The notes under the pieces were generated by a model. That model was not told the origin of the DNA. It searched no databases and saw nothing but the letters and a program-made list of their open reading frames with translations. A stretch of 64,000 nucleotides of DNA. Source: Octopus vulgaris (lineage: Eukaryota). Below are positions 40,371-52,905 of this stretch, in pieces. Location of the stretch: positions 48,484,001 through 48,548,000 of the forward strand of contig OX597819.1 of NCBI GenBank assembly GCA_951406725.2. Reading direction: 5' to 3'. The translations under genes were made by a program, and so were the position numbers. Each line of letters opens with the position of its first letter. Within the stretch, counting starts at the first letter, position 1.

Positions 40371-41556
40371 CTCAAAGCAGGGAGGTGTTGTGGTGGACAC
40401 CCCCAAGTAAGAAGTGGGCTGTTCCTCTACTGATAAAAAGTGGACAGTCACAGCAAGCAGTGTCAGTTGGCTAGGTATGCCATATGGGCCAGTCATGCAG
40501 ATGATGAAATACTTCATCATAATGCTGGATATATCAATAATGTTGTGCTAGTGGACATGGTGGTCCATAGGCATTACTAAAATAGTGCTAATGGACCACA
40601 ATAAGTAGAGATCTTTGATCAAAAGCTGGAAATTTTTGACTGAAATTCTACTCAAAGCTGAGCTGGAATCAAATAACAATTGGATGGTCAAATTGACGGG
40701 AAAAGTCTCTATTTAGTCACTTGATATGCTAGAGACAAAAGCCAGATATCCCTGACACACTATTGTCTGAATATAAAAAGAAAAGGTTGGGGGATTCAAC
40801 ACCAACAAAATTAAGAGGAAAACTGTTCCAGCATTGAGCTTAAATTCAATAAGTTTAAAAAAGAAAACAATAGGAGACCGTTTCATTGTATTTAGAGGAG
40901 ACTTGCAAATGATAACTTGACCTGCTAGAAGTAGCAGCTGAATCTGCCTCAAATCCCACGACAATGTTCATTTATTTATCCATTTGCTTAATGTCTCTTT
41001 TCCCAGTTTAGCATTGCTCAGATGGGAAGTTATTTGAGTCAGGATTTTGTATCCAATTGCTCTGTCACTAACCTTTACCTGGGTTTTTCAAGTAAAGCAT
41101 ATTTTATTCCAGAGTATTTTTAAAGCACAGAGAGACCAGTCATAATGTCAACAAGACATGTAAACATCATCATTGTTCTGATCAAGTGGTGACGAATGTA
41201 GGATATCAGTTGTCATGTACATTTGCATGCACACATACAGCAGCAGCAGAAAATGCTACCACAACCACCATTGAGCAAGCCTCTGTGTGGTCTCTCAACA
41301 TGCTAAAAATAATAGCTAAATCTCCTTTAAATCATACTCACTGAAAAAAATGTGACAATACATTGGATGATGTAATTCTAGATAACATTGTATCTGAGGA
41401 AAAGATGGTATGGTCATGAGTGGAATTCCTTTGTGGGTTTGCTACATTAGGACTGACCTGCGGTTAAATAATGACAACAGCAGCTGTAATAGAAAACAAC
41501 ATTACACCACCACCACCACCACCACCACCACCACCACCACCACCACCACCACCACC

Positions 41557-41588
<32 letters not shown>

Positions 41589-41947
41589 CAACAACTGCAA
41601 CAACAAGAAGCCAATAAAAGTGCCTCCATGTTGTAATTCAATCTACTAGAAAAAACAACCAAATTGTTCAAATCACGCCCTCTTAAAAAAGAACACTTAA
41701 GATAAACTATTGCTTGGATCCCACTTTTACTTGTTTCAGTCATTTGACTGTGGCCATGCTGACCTTTAGTTGAACAAATCGACCCCAGGACTTATTCTTT
41801 GTAAGCCTAGTACTTATTCTATTAGTCTCTTTTGCTGAACCGCTATGTTACAGGAACGTAAACACACCAGCATTGGTTGTCAAGCGATGTTGGGGGGGGG
41901 GGGGGCAAAAACAGTCACACAAACATATACACACACACACATACATA

Positions 41948-41981
<34 letters not shown>

Positions 41982-42432
41982 TACGACGGGCTTCTTTCAG
42001 TTTCCGTCTACCAAATCCACTCACAAGGCTTTTGTCGGCCCGAGGCTATAGTAGAAGACAATTGCCCAAGGTGTCACGCAGTGGGACTGAACCTGGAACC
42101 ATGTGGTTTGTAAGCAAGCTACTTACCACACAGCCATACGAAAAAGACATGATGGTCATTACTGGAATGCTTTCCTTTGGTCATAGGTCTGCTTGATGAG
42201 GGTTGATCTAGGGCTCAGCAACAACTGCACAAATGACACAATGAAAGAGCCTTTGCTCAGTTACTTGACCAGCTAGATAAAGCAGCTCTGTTCTCTCAAA
42301 TCACATACCTGCTTTTACCATATTTCTATTGAAATACATTGCTTTAACTCCATTTAATTTTGAAAATAATGACAAATTTAGTGAAATGAAAATTTACTTT
42401 TGTCATTATTGACCTGGTTTTTGAAACAAATT

Positions 42433-42693
42433 CTAGAGGTGTGTGGCTTAGTGGTTAGGGTGTCAGCATCACGATCGTAAGATTGTGGTTTCGATTCCTG
42501 GACTGGACGATGTGTTGTGTTCTTGAGCAAAACACTTCATTTCATGTTGCTCCAGTTCACTCAGCTGGCAAAAGTGAGTAACGCTGCGATGGACTGGCAT
42601 TCTGTCCAGCTGGAGAACACATACGCCATTGAAACCGGGAAACCGGGCCCATGAACCTGGCTAGGCTTTAAAAGGGTGCATTTATTTATTTTA
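42433..42693 (+). mobile_element. tRNA-derived SINE (V/CORE-like body) with 13-bp TSD
   Basis: tggcttagtgg (A box), gtttcgattcc (B box), cttgagcaaaacactt, ctgcgatggactggcat, (TTTA)n tail; TSD tttgaaacaaatt at 42420-42432 and 42694-42706. Confidence 0.9.
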
Positions 42694-43316
42694 TTTGAAA
42701 CAAATTAGTATGAAATTTTGATGGAAAGTTTTAATTCTAATCACTTTATGTCTGGAAATCTCAAGAGGTTTTGTATTGAAAGTATTAACCCTTTGGTATT
42801 TAAACAAGCCATGTCTGGTTCAAATATTCTCCTTGTTTTGTGTTGAAACTGGCTAGATCTGGCTTCTCACACCTTTCCTACAATGTCATTCTGAAAATAA
42901 ACTATCACATCATTGAAATCTTAGTGCTGTGTAACAGCTTTTATCTATTATCTTTTACTTATTTTAGTCATTTTTAAATGTGACCATGCTGGGACACCAC
43001 CTTGAAGGGTTTTAGTTGAACAAATTATTTTTTAAAGCCTGGTACTTGTTCCATCAGCTCTTTTGCTGAACTGCTAAGTTACAGGGATGTAAACACACCA
43101 ACACCGGTTGTCAAGCAGTGGTAGGGGACAAACTCAGACACAAAGACACATATATGTGTGTGTATGTGTGTGTGTGACTGGCTTCTTTCAGTTTCCAGCT
43201 ACCAAATCCACTCACAAAGCTTTAGTTGGTCCTAAGCTATAGTAGAAGACATTTGCCCAAGGTGCCACGCAGTGGGACTGAATCCGGAACCATGTGGCTG
43301 AAAAACAAGCTTCTTA

Positions 43317-43547
43317 TTTCTTTATTGCCCACAAGGGGCTAAACATAGAGGAGACAAACAAGGACAGACAAAGGGATTAAGTCGATTACATCGACCCCAG
43401 TGTGCAACTGGTACTTAATTTATCGACCCCGAAAGGATGAAAGGCAAAGTCGAATTTGGCGGAATTTGAACTCAGAACGTAATGGCAGACAAAATACTGC
43501 TAAGCATTTCGCCCAGCGCGCTAATGTTTCTGCCAGCATGCCACCTT
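43317..43547 (-). mobile_element. Full-length family-A SINE nested in the head of a family-B SINE
   Basis: Interrupts caagcttctta|ccacacaac of the 42950-43575 SINE; ttctta is duplicated on both sides. Confidence 0.9.
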
Positions 43548-44224
43548 AATATGTTTCTTACCACACAACTATACCATTGCTTATAATGTATAATTAATTA
43601 AGAATAATTTGAATAAATAAGTATTTCATTTGACAGAATAATCTGAATGCTAATTGATTAAAGGAAAGGACAGAGATTAGATAATGAAATGATGATTTGT
43701 ATATTTATTCTTTATACATTCTGACAGATTCAAATGCAAATATGCTAGTTGCTGTTGTGTATGTCACGGGTGAAGAACTTCTTGCTTTTATAATGATGAC
43801 AGTGTGTTCATAATACACTCAGCTCATTGGCTCAAGGGATTCTGGGAGACTGATATTTTGACATATTATGTCTCATCAAATAGAAGTATCTGAAACTTTG
43901 ATCTTAATCAAGCAGCAGTCCTGTATATCCCTAAAAAGATGGAGTATTCAAGGCTGGATTGTATTTGATCATAATTTTACTTAATGAGATTTAACCAAGG
44001 GCTAAACAGCAACATCACATCATTTGCACAAGATACAAATAACTGAGTTCCTACTTTCTCCTGTTATCCTAAATAATGACTAAATACTAATCACTTTGGA
44101 GATGCTACTAAGATATATATTTTTTGCTTCTAATTAGTCCTTTACTATCTGCCATTTTCTGTCTCAGACCTCTTGACTCTAACTCATGCTTCTAATTTGA
44201 AATTATTTAACTGAATTTCTTGGA

Positions 44225-44325
44225 GGTTGTATGTATGCATGCATGCCTGTATATGTATGTGTGTGTTCATATGTGTGCATGTGTGCAACCATGCATATGT
44301 ATGTTTGCATGCATGCATCTATGTA

Positions 44326-44366
<41 letters not shown>

Positions 44367-44716
44367 TTGTATGTGTGTGTTCATATCTATGCGTATGTAT
44401 GTACATATAAATGTTTGTATGTGTGTGGATGGTGTACATACATGCATAGGTATGTAGATATGTGTGTATGTATGCGTGTATATATGTGTGCATATGTACA
44501 TATGAATGTATGTGTATCTGCATGTAAGTGTATATGCATAAATGTTTAATGCATGCATATACATTCATATGCATGTGCTTTCTCCTGATTAGTGATTTGA
44601 AGTTCATTTTTATTGGCCACCTGCTTGGCTGCAAGGTTGTAAAAGAAACACATGCATACATTCATGCATACATACATGCATACATACATACATACATACA
44701 TACATACATACATACA

Positions 44717-44748
<32 letters not shown>

Positions 44749-45230
44749 AATATATGAGCATGTCTAGATATGCAACTATATGCATGAGAACATATACACA
44801 AAACATACAAATCTGCACATACATACATACATACATACATACATACATACATACAAACAAACATACCCTGTTGTTGATGTTGAAATTCCAATGAAGGAGC
44901 CTTGGATCTAGGTTAGAAACCAGTTCTTTCTCTAATAGCAAGAAATCTTGAAACAAACTGAATAATGACATACATACATACTTACGTACATACATACATA
45001 CCTACATATATACACTTGCATGCACATACATATGTATGTATATACTTAAGTATGTACATACTTTCATAGATGCTTATATAATTCATGCATATGAGCAAGT
45101 GTGTGAGTGTGCTTAAAGGTGTGTATATAAGAATGTTTGTGTAGGTGTGTATATAAATATGGGTGTAGATATATATGTGTGTATGGTGGGAGAGAGACAG
45201 AGTAACAGAGAAGAGGTAGATAGATATATA

Positions 45231-45318
<88 letters not shown>

Positions 45319-45483
45319 AGGTGTATGTATATGTATGTGATATATGAATGTATCTGTGCATGTATGTATGCTAGTATTGTGCTTGAAAATGTGGAAAAGT
45401 GTGCGTTTGTATGTGTATGTATATCTGTGTACACATGTGAGTATGTATGTAGATATGTGTAGATAACTGTCTGCTTATTTATT

Positions 45484-45521
<38 letters not shown>

Positions 45522-45827
45522 TTGTAAATATAGAAACTATAATTAAAACAATGTCAGAAGTTTGTAAATATTGAAATGTGTCTGTACTTTAGACATAATG
45601 TTTATCTCTGACACCTTCATTAAAAATAGATCAGTGTAATCTGTTAAAAATACCGACTAGGTTAAGGAAGTTAAAGACAACATCTACAGTACACTCACAC
45701 ACACTCATTCATATATATACATACATATATATATATATATAAATAAAAATCTATCTATCTATCTATATCTATCTATATAAATATATCTATCTATCTATCT
45801 ATCTATATATATATATATATATATATA
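44225..45827. repeat. Microsatellite field: (TATG)n, (TACA)n, (TA)n, (GA)n, (TCTA)n
   Basis: Directly visible simple repeats. Confidence 0.95.
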
Positions 45828-48729
45828 CTAGTAGAGATACCCGGCGTTGCCCGGTTACATTCAATAGACGAATTAGACTTTTCTGTTATATATATATATG
45901 GATACGCACACACACACATACACAAATATATATATATTAATATAAATACATGAAAGTACATGAAGTTTGTTAAAAGAAAGGGGATCATGTATATACCTCC
46001 TGGCTGTTGAGATTATAACACCTCGTTGTAAACAATGTTCCTTGTTTTTCCATGTGGAGTATATACAAAAAGGTTTCTTTTGGTTCCTACTCTTGAGCAG
46101 CCAACATACAGTTGCATATGCGAGAAGCAGGGCTTTTCCAAGAGAAGACCAGCTACAGAGAGGATTTGACCCTGAAATTTGTTAATGGACATGGCAAAGC
46201 TGACACGAAGGGGGAATTACAGTCTTCTGAATGTAAATGGAATTTCTGCTCCTGATGGAGTAAGAGGAAATCTTGGAATAAAGACGTCATCACCTTTTCC
46301 ACATCCAGAAATAATGATCGCCGCGATAAAGTGTGATATCATTTTCTTTATCACCAGTCGTGTTCCATTGCAAAGTCTTGGTGGTTCCAGATTGTGGAGT
46401 AGCATTACAGGAGTTCCAACTTTAAGTGGTAATATGTGTGGAGGTAGTCGAGGAGGCTCCAGTGAATTGAGAAATTCAGGAGGATAGTTCACAACTTCAT
46501 TTATATCTGGAATTGTATCAACAGACTTGTAAGTGTGTATAGTGCTGGGAAGAGAATGCATTAGCTGTTGATTAATTTTGTTAACAGCGACGTTTTTTGG
46601 AGCTAATATTGCTCTTTCACAGAGCCAATTGTGATTTTGGTAGTATTGTGTGAAGTTGGAAAAGACTTTGTTTTTGAGGTCATCTACAGAATTAACAACA
46701 GAGGAAAATGACCACACTTCCATTTGTCCTGCAGCATCGAGAGGCATCTTGCCTTCACCAAGTGTCAAAATGTCCTGTGCAAACTTTGTGGACATTTTGT
46801 CGCCGTGTAGCTGAGCTCTTATGTAAGTGGTGAGACTAAAGATTGTAACATGATGCCACAGGGTAGAGGACTTTAGGTATGCTTGAACTTCATCAGCTCT
46901 AGTGCCTTTCGGAATGACAGGAAGAGTTTGCCTGAAATCACCTGACAACAGAAGCGTTACACCTCCCATTGGAGCCTGACAGTCTCGGATGTCTTTCAGG
47001 GCTCTATCTAATGCTTCCAAAGCTCCCTTGTGAGCCATAGTGCACTCATCCCAGACAATTACATAACACATTTTAAGTACTTGTCTCTGATCTGAGCTTT
47101 TGTTGATGTTGCATGAAGGCATTTCGGATGCTGCTAAATTGAGAGGGAGTTTAAAAGTTGAGTGTGCTGTACTGCCACCAGGTAACAAAGTAGCTGCAAT
47201 GCCAGAGGAGGCTACAGCTACTGCAATGTCCTGATGCTACCTAACTTCTGCAAGGAGAAGCTTTGTATTAAATGTTTTTCCTATCCCTCCAGGAGCATCG
47301 AGGAAGAAGATTTGTCCCTCGCGTTGGCGTACACTGTTAAGAATAGTTCTGTGGCCTGCAGCTGGTCTGGAAGTAATTTAGGCTCATTTTCAACAATGTA
47401 CTTTGAAAGCACTTGAGTGTCGTAGGTTGTTTCATGAATGACAGCAGTGGGAAGGCTATTTGACCCTGACCTGAATGCTTGTGGCAGGCTATACGTCGAC
47501 AATTCATTTCCACCCAGTTTAGCAATTCTGTCTTCAACGTCAATGAGTGTTTTGTTATAGATTTCATTGCTGATACCCTCTATGTCAGGATAGAGCAGTT
47601 GAGCTTGGCACTGAAGGGGAAAATGTTTTTGAGATTCCGGTTCGAATGTAAGGCAGGTTTGAAAGTGTTCCCAACAGTTATTAGTTGTAGTGGTAGAGTG
47701 TTTATGCCGAATATGTACGTATGCATGTATATGTATGTATGCATGTATATATGTGTATATATATGTGTACATATTACATGTACATCTATATATATACATC
47801 TACACATAAAATACAAAATACAAAGTTATATCTTGATATTGCTAGTGATAACAATACTCAAAATATATAACAGACTAGAATTGTAGGCCGTCTCTTGCAA
47901 TTTCGATCAATTGGATCTTGTCCTCCCTCTTGTATAGAAGTGTACGGCTGCAGCGAAATTCATTTTTGGACTTTCTTCAATCGAAGGCATTTTAACAAAA
48001 ATGCTTCCGTAAAGACGGTGAAAATATTGTCAATTTTCCCAAACAGGGACACAATTCAATTTTTAAACAATAACCAAAGCCTCTTCTCCGAAAGGGGAGG
48101 GTTACGGATTACAATTATTTAACAAATGCAACACAACAACGTTTCCATGACGAGGAACCAACAAACGTGATTACAATAGTCAAACAGTAATAATAATAAC
48201 AACAAACCTTTTTAATTTATCCCCATTTATGTGAAACCACTTATTCAAGTTCAAGTCATTGATGCAATTTTATACGAATTGCTAATACACACACACACAC
48301 ACATAATAAGGGTGAAAAATTGAATTGTAATTTGATTAATATGAATTGAAAACCAGTGGTGTAGCATATAAGACCATAGCGGATCTTCCTCTAGCAAAAA
48401 GGATGACCACTATTAATGGCTCATCCCTGTTATATAATACTTTCACTTTAATAGTTTCACACTTGCAAAGAGAAAGTAGGAGAAAGTGTGGTGGTAATAG
48501 CAGGAGTAAACCACTTGAAATGAGAGAGGCAAATCGTAAAATATTGAGTTTTCTCGAATTTTTGCTTAATTGGGGGTCAAATTGAAAAAAACTTTATATG
48601 CCATGACCCAATCGAATCTACTTTGAAAAATCATAGGTAAATTCCAATTGAAGAAATTCTATATTGTAGAATTGTATTAAAAAGGAACATGGGAACAGGC
48701 AGAGAAAATCTGCCTTTTATCATAAGAGA
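45828..48729 (-). mobile_element. Helitron, internally deleted, both termini present
   Basis: Minus strand begins A|TCTCTTATGATAAAAGG at 48729 and ends with the GC-rich hairpin CCGG-GCAACG-CCGG about 10 nt before CTAG|T at 45828; A|T target, no TSD; carries a PIF1 helicase remnant. Confidence 0.9.
46130..47600 (-). pseudogene. PIF1-family helicase domain of Helitron RepHel, frameshifted
   Basis: FFLDAPGG.GKT (Walker A, near 47290), AVASSGIAATLLPGGSTAHSTFKLPL, IVWDECTM, GDFRQTLPV, RAILAPKN, LCNGTRL, and FPLRVSFAMSINK after a stop; longest ORF 46217-47188. Confidence 0.95.
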
Positions 48730-48739
48730 TATATACAAA

Positions 48740-49472
48740 ATTTCGCTAAGATTTTTCTTGAGAATACATTCTTCGTGGTAATGGTGATTTGACGTCTATG
48801 TTTAGCATATTAGGTGTCCACTTTAGTGGTCATTCCTCTTAATTTTGTATGTAACACAATTTTTAATCTTCAGATTTTTTAAATATGCTACGCCACTGGT
48901 TTTAATTGATTAATATCAATTTCTACCCTTATTATTTAATTTTAAATATAAAACGTTCTCTAACCAGTAAATTGGCTGCTGAAATTTATTAACTGCAGAG
49001 TAATTTCCAGCCTCAGCACGCCAAAGTGAAAACATTTGAAAAATGTACCCAAATATAATTTGTAGAACTTTATACATACTCAATTTTGGTTGAGCGTTCT
49101 GTATCTAGTTCTGGAAATTGTGTTTTGTAAGTGGCAGACTACGCTGACAATCTTGCAGATATCTGCGTGTTTGCATATGTAGATATTAACAAGTGAAACC
49201 ATTGGTACGTAGGTAATGGTTTTTTATTTCGTATATTTTCATTTGTCTTGCTCATTTTTACATTTTGGCAATTTGCTGAGATTTTTCTTGAGAACACATT
49301 CTTAGTGGTAATGGTGATTTGATGTCTATGTTTAGCATATTAGGTGTCCACTTTAGTGGTCATTCCTCTTAAATTTCTATGTAACACAATTTTTAATCTT
49401 TGGATTTTTTAGATATGCTACACCACTGGTTTTAATTGATTAATATAAATTTCTGCCCTTATTATTTAATTT
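48740..49472 (+). mobile_element. Hammerhead-bearing non-coding element as a partial tandem (about 200-bp direct repeats, about 530-bp period)
   Basis: 48740-48942 repeats at 49270-49472; hammerhead motif between them; followed by (TA)n. Confidence 0.75.
49139..49212 (+). ncRNA. Type I hammerhead motif with G8-to-A core mutation
   Basis: ctacg-CTGACAA-t-cttg...caag-t-GAAA-cc-att-g-GTA-cgtag; perfect 5-bp stem I ctacg/cgtag; stem III acc/ggt. Confidence 0.75.
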
Positions 49473-49479
49473 ATATATA

Positions 49480-49524
<45 letters not shown>

Positions 49525-49535
<11 letters not shown>

Positions 49536-50530
49536 TGGCATCCTTTTTGTCTTGGGAGACAATGGAGTTGCGCATAAAATAATCTAGTCTGGCTTTTACA
49601 TTTCATGTCTTAATACATTTCCTGCTGTGGCTGTGTAGTCCTATCCTGGACAAACACTCCCTCTGGCAGGTGCTGCAAATGTAGCGAAGACTTTTCCTGG
49701 CTGGTTGTAATGTCATAGTTTCTTGTTGACGTCTTTTCTTGTCTTTCCATTTCTCCTCTCTCTCTCTCTCTCTCTCTGTCACTCCTTTGTGTTCCTTCTT
49801 TTACGGTATGTCACCAATCTCCACGGTTGCTGGCAACTGCTTCCCAGTTGCTAATATTGATGTTGCAGGCCTTCATGTCTCTTTTGCAAACATCCTTGTA
49901 TAGTAAGAACGGTCTTCCTACAGACCTAGTGCCCCTAGCAAGCTCTCCGTAGAGTATGTCCTTGGGGTTTCTGCCATCTTCCATACGGCTAACATGTCCA
50001 AGCCATCTCATACGTCTTTGTGTGAGGAGTGCAAACATGCTTGGTATTCCTGCTTGCTTGAGAACATCTTTGTTGGGGACATGATTCTGCCATTTGATGC
50101 GAAGGATTTTCCGGAGGCAGCACAGGTGAAAGATATTTAGGCGACGCTCTTGGTGTGTGTATGGCGTCCAAGTCTCACTTCCATACAGTAGAGTGCTGAG
50201 TACACATGCCTGGTAAATCTTCATTTTTGTGGTCTTGGTCAGCTTATTGTTGTCCCATGCCCGTTTGGAGAGTTGGGCCATCTCAGCAGCTGCCTTGCCA
50301 ATGCGTATATTGAGCTCAGCATCAAGGGATAGGTTGTAGCTGACGGTAGAGCCAAGATAGGTAAACTTCTCCACCTCCTGTAATCTGTGGTCTCCAATAT
50401 GTATGTTTGGGATGTCCGATGTAGCCTGACCCATGATGTTGGTCTTCTTGAGGCTGATAACTAAGCCAAAGTCGTTACATGCTTGCTCAAAACAGTTGAT
50501 GAGCCTTTGTAGGGCTTCTTCTGTGTGTGA
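49525..50530 (-). mobile_element. Second RTE-clade LINE family (BovB-like), 5'-truncated, (CAA)n tail
   Basis: FGLVISLKKT...FTYLGS...RIGKAAA...YQACVLSTLLYGSETW...RMRWLGHVSRMEDGRNPKDILYGEL...GRP; 3' end gccaacaacaacaac. Confidence 0.95.
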
Positions 50531-50827
50531 TATAAATATAATCAATGAGAATATTATATACTGAATTTATATTGAGTGCTCTATTGTATCAAAGTATTAA
50601 TACTATTAAAGTATTTATGTATTTAATACAAGCGATTATATATATTTTAAATAATATATTATTATTAATATCAGGAAATGAATATTAGAAAATTCTTCAG
50701 AAAGATATATACTTGTGTAAAATAATAGTTGTATTAAAATTATAAATATATATAAAAATATGTAAATATGTATAAGTATATAATAATAAATATGATAGTT
50801 TAAAAGTTTCGAATTAAGTTTTTAGAG

Positions 50828-50919
50828 TATCTTATGATCGTTTCGCAGAAGTGCTGTCCCTATAATGGAATCCTATATTGATAAGCATTTATAGACAACT
50901 CTTCTGCTCTTCAGAGATA
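50828..50919 (-). ncRNA. Type I hammerhead motif, core intact, one CpG transition in stem III
   Basis: Minus strand: tatct-CTGAAGA-gcagaag...cttctgc-GAAA-c-gatc-ATA-agata; stem I 5 bp, stem II 7 bp; ACGATCAT is one change from the palindrome ACGATCGT. Confidence 0.8.
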
Positions 50920-51480
50920 TAAAATATGAAATTTGTATAATTTATTGAATAGTAGTTTTTTAAAAATATGAAGTAATATGGGAAAATGGTATTTGTTTGA
51001 AATGTAAATTAAAAATTAAAAATTTCTGCTTTTGATTTTGGTAAGGGCACTTTAGTATGAGAGTCTTTAAATCCATATATGCTTCCTTGGTAAGTTTTCT
51101 GCAATAATCCATAATAGTTATGTGTAAAATCCATTATATTGTCCTGTATTCCAAATATAATTCATAGACTTAGATAATATAGAATAATGGAATCCTATAT
51201 CGATAAGCATTTATAGATAACTCTTCTGCTTCTCAGAAATAGCAAATGTGAAATTTGTATAATTTAACAAATGGTATTTTAAAAAAATTATGAAGTAATA
51301 TGGAAAAATGGTGTTTGTTTGAAATATAAATTAAAAATTAAAAATGACTGCTTTTGATTTTTGGTAAGTACACTTTAGTATGAGAATCTTGAAATTCATA
51401 TGTGCCTTCTTCGTAAGTCTTCTGTAGTAATCCATAATAATTATGTATGAAATCCATTATATTGTCCTGTATTCCATATA
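50863..51480. repeat. Direct duplication of about 300 bp overlapping the hammerhead
   Basis: ataatggaatcctatat...ccattatattgtcctgtattcca at about 50863-51153 and 51184-51476. Confidence 0.9.
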
Positions 51481-51483
51481 TAG

Positions 51484-51562
<79 letters not shown>

Positions 51563-51571
51563 GCATATATT

Positions 51572-52860
51572 TATATGTGGCAGATGCTCGGGAGCATTGA
51601 CCTCCGAAAATCTGCAGAAAACAACTTCCGTCACTTTCCAGGGGGAAAAATTAGAAGTAGTTGATAGCTTTCGTTATCTAGGTGACCAAGTCAGTAGTGG
51701 GGGTGGGTGCGCTGAGAGTGTAACTGCTAGAATAAGAATAGCCTGGGCAAAGTTTAGGGAGCTCTTACCTCTGCTGGTGACTAAAGGCCTCTCGCTCAGA
51801 GTAAAGGGCAGACTGTATGATGCATGTGTTCGAACTGCCATGCTACATGGCAGTGAAACATGGGCCGTGACTGCTGAGGACATGCGTAAGCTCATGAGGA
51901 ATGAATCCAGTATGCTCCGATGGATGTGTAATGTCAGTGTACTTACTCGACAGAGCGTTAGTTCCCTGAGAGAAATGTTGTACCTAAGAAGCATCAGTTG
52001 TTGCGTGCAAGAGAGATGATTGCGCTGGTATGGTCATGTGGCGAGAATGGATGAAGATAGGTGTGTGAGAAAGTGCCAATCCCTAGCAGTTGAGGGAACC
52101 CGTGGAAGAGGTAGACCCAGGAAAACCTGGGACGAGGTGGTGAAGCACGACCTTCGAACGTTAGGTCTCACCATGGAAATGACTAGAGACCGAGACCTAT
52201 GGAAGTATGCTGTGCGTGAGAAGACCCGGCAAGACTAGTGAAGCCATAACCCGTGGCCCCTACCTGGGACGTAGTCAGTCCACCTGTGCATACCTTCCTG
52301 CTTGTGACACTTGTGAAGACCTGTTGAAGCAAATCAAATCAAAGTCAAATCGAATCAAGTCAAACCAAATCAAAATAGATGAACATCAATGGAATTTGTA
52401 TCCCTGTGGTACCAGTGCCGGTGGCACATAAGAAAACCATCCGAACGGGACCGTAGCCAGTACCGCATCGACTGGCCTCCGTGCCGTGGGCACGTAAGAA
52501 ACACCATCCGATCGTAGCCGTTCGCCAGCCTCGTCTGGCACCTGTGTCGGTGGCACATAAGAAAAACACCATCCGAGCGTGGCCGTCTGCCAGCCTCGTC
52601 TGGCACCTGTGTCGGTGGCACATAAAAAACACCATCCGAGCGTGGCCGTCTGCCAGCCTCGTCTGGCACCTGTGTCGGTGGCACATAAAATCACCCACTA
52701 CACTCTCGGAGTGGTTGGCGTTAGGAAGGGCATCCAGCTGTAGAAACACTGCCAGATCTGACTGGCCTGGTGTAGCCTTCGGGCTTGCCAGACCCCAGTT
52801 GAACCGTCCAACCCATGCTAGCATGGAAAGCGGACGTTAAACGATGATGATGATGATGAT
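51572..52860 (+). mobile_element. RTE-clade LINE copy 2 (same family as 26558-28476), 5'-truncated inside the zinc finger
   Basis: CGRCSG...GEKLEVVDSFRYLGDQV...GSETW...; premature TGA at 52017-52019; ends REKTRQD* at 52238; repeat-bearing 3' UTR and (GAT)n tail. Confidence 0.97.
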
Positions 52861-52871
52861 ATATATAATTA

Positions 52872-52905
52872 TACTCTGAGTTTCACGTTGCCGTTCATCG
52901 GACAG
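52872..52905 (-). ncRNA. Truncated minimal hammerhead motif (CCGAUGA core variant)
   Basis: Minus strand: ctgt-CCGATGA-acg-gcaa-cgt-GAAA-ctc-a-ga-GTA; the 3' strand of stem I is missing. Confidence 0.55.

Noticed and set aside
44203-45434. Stacked 80-150 aa ORFs (also at 11.0, 16.5, 29.8, 41.4 and 57.1-57.9 kb)
   Set aside because: Di-, tri- and tetranucleotide repeats that happen to lack stop codons.
46217-47188. Host PIF1 gene
   Set aside because: Intronless, frameshifted and enclosed by Helitron termini.
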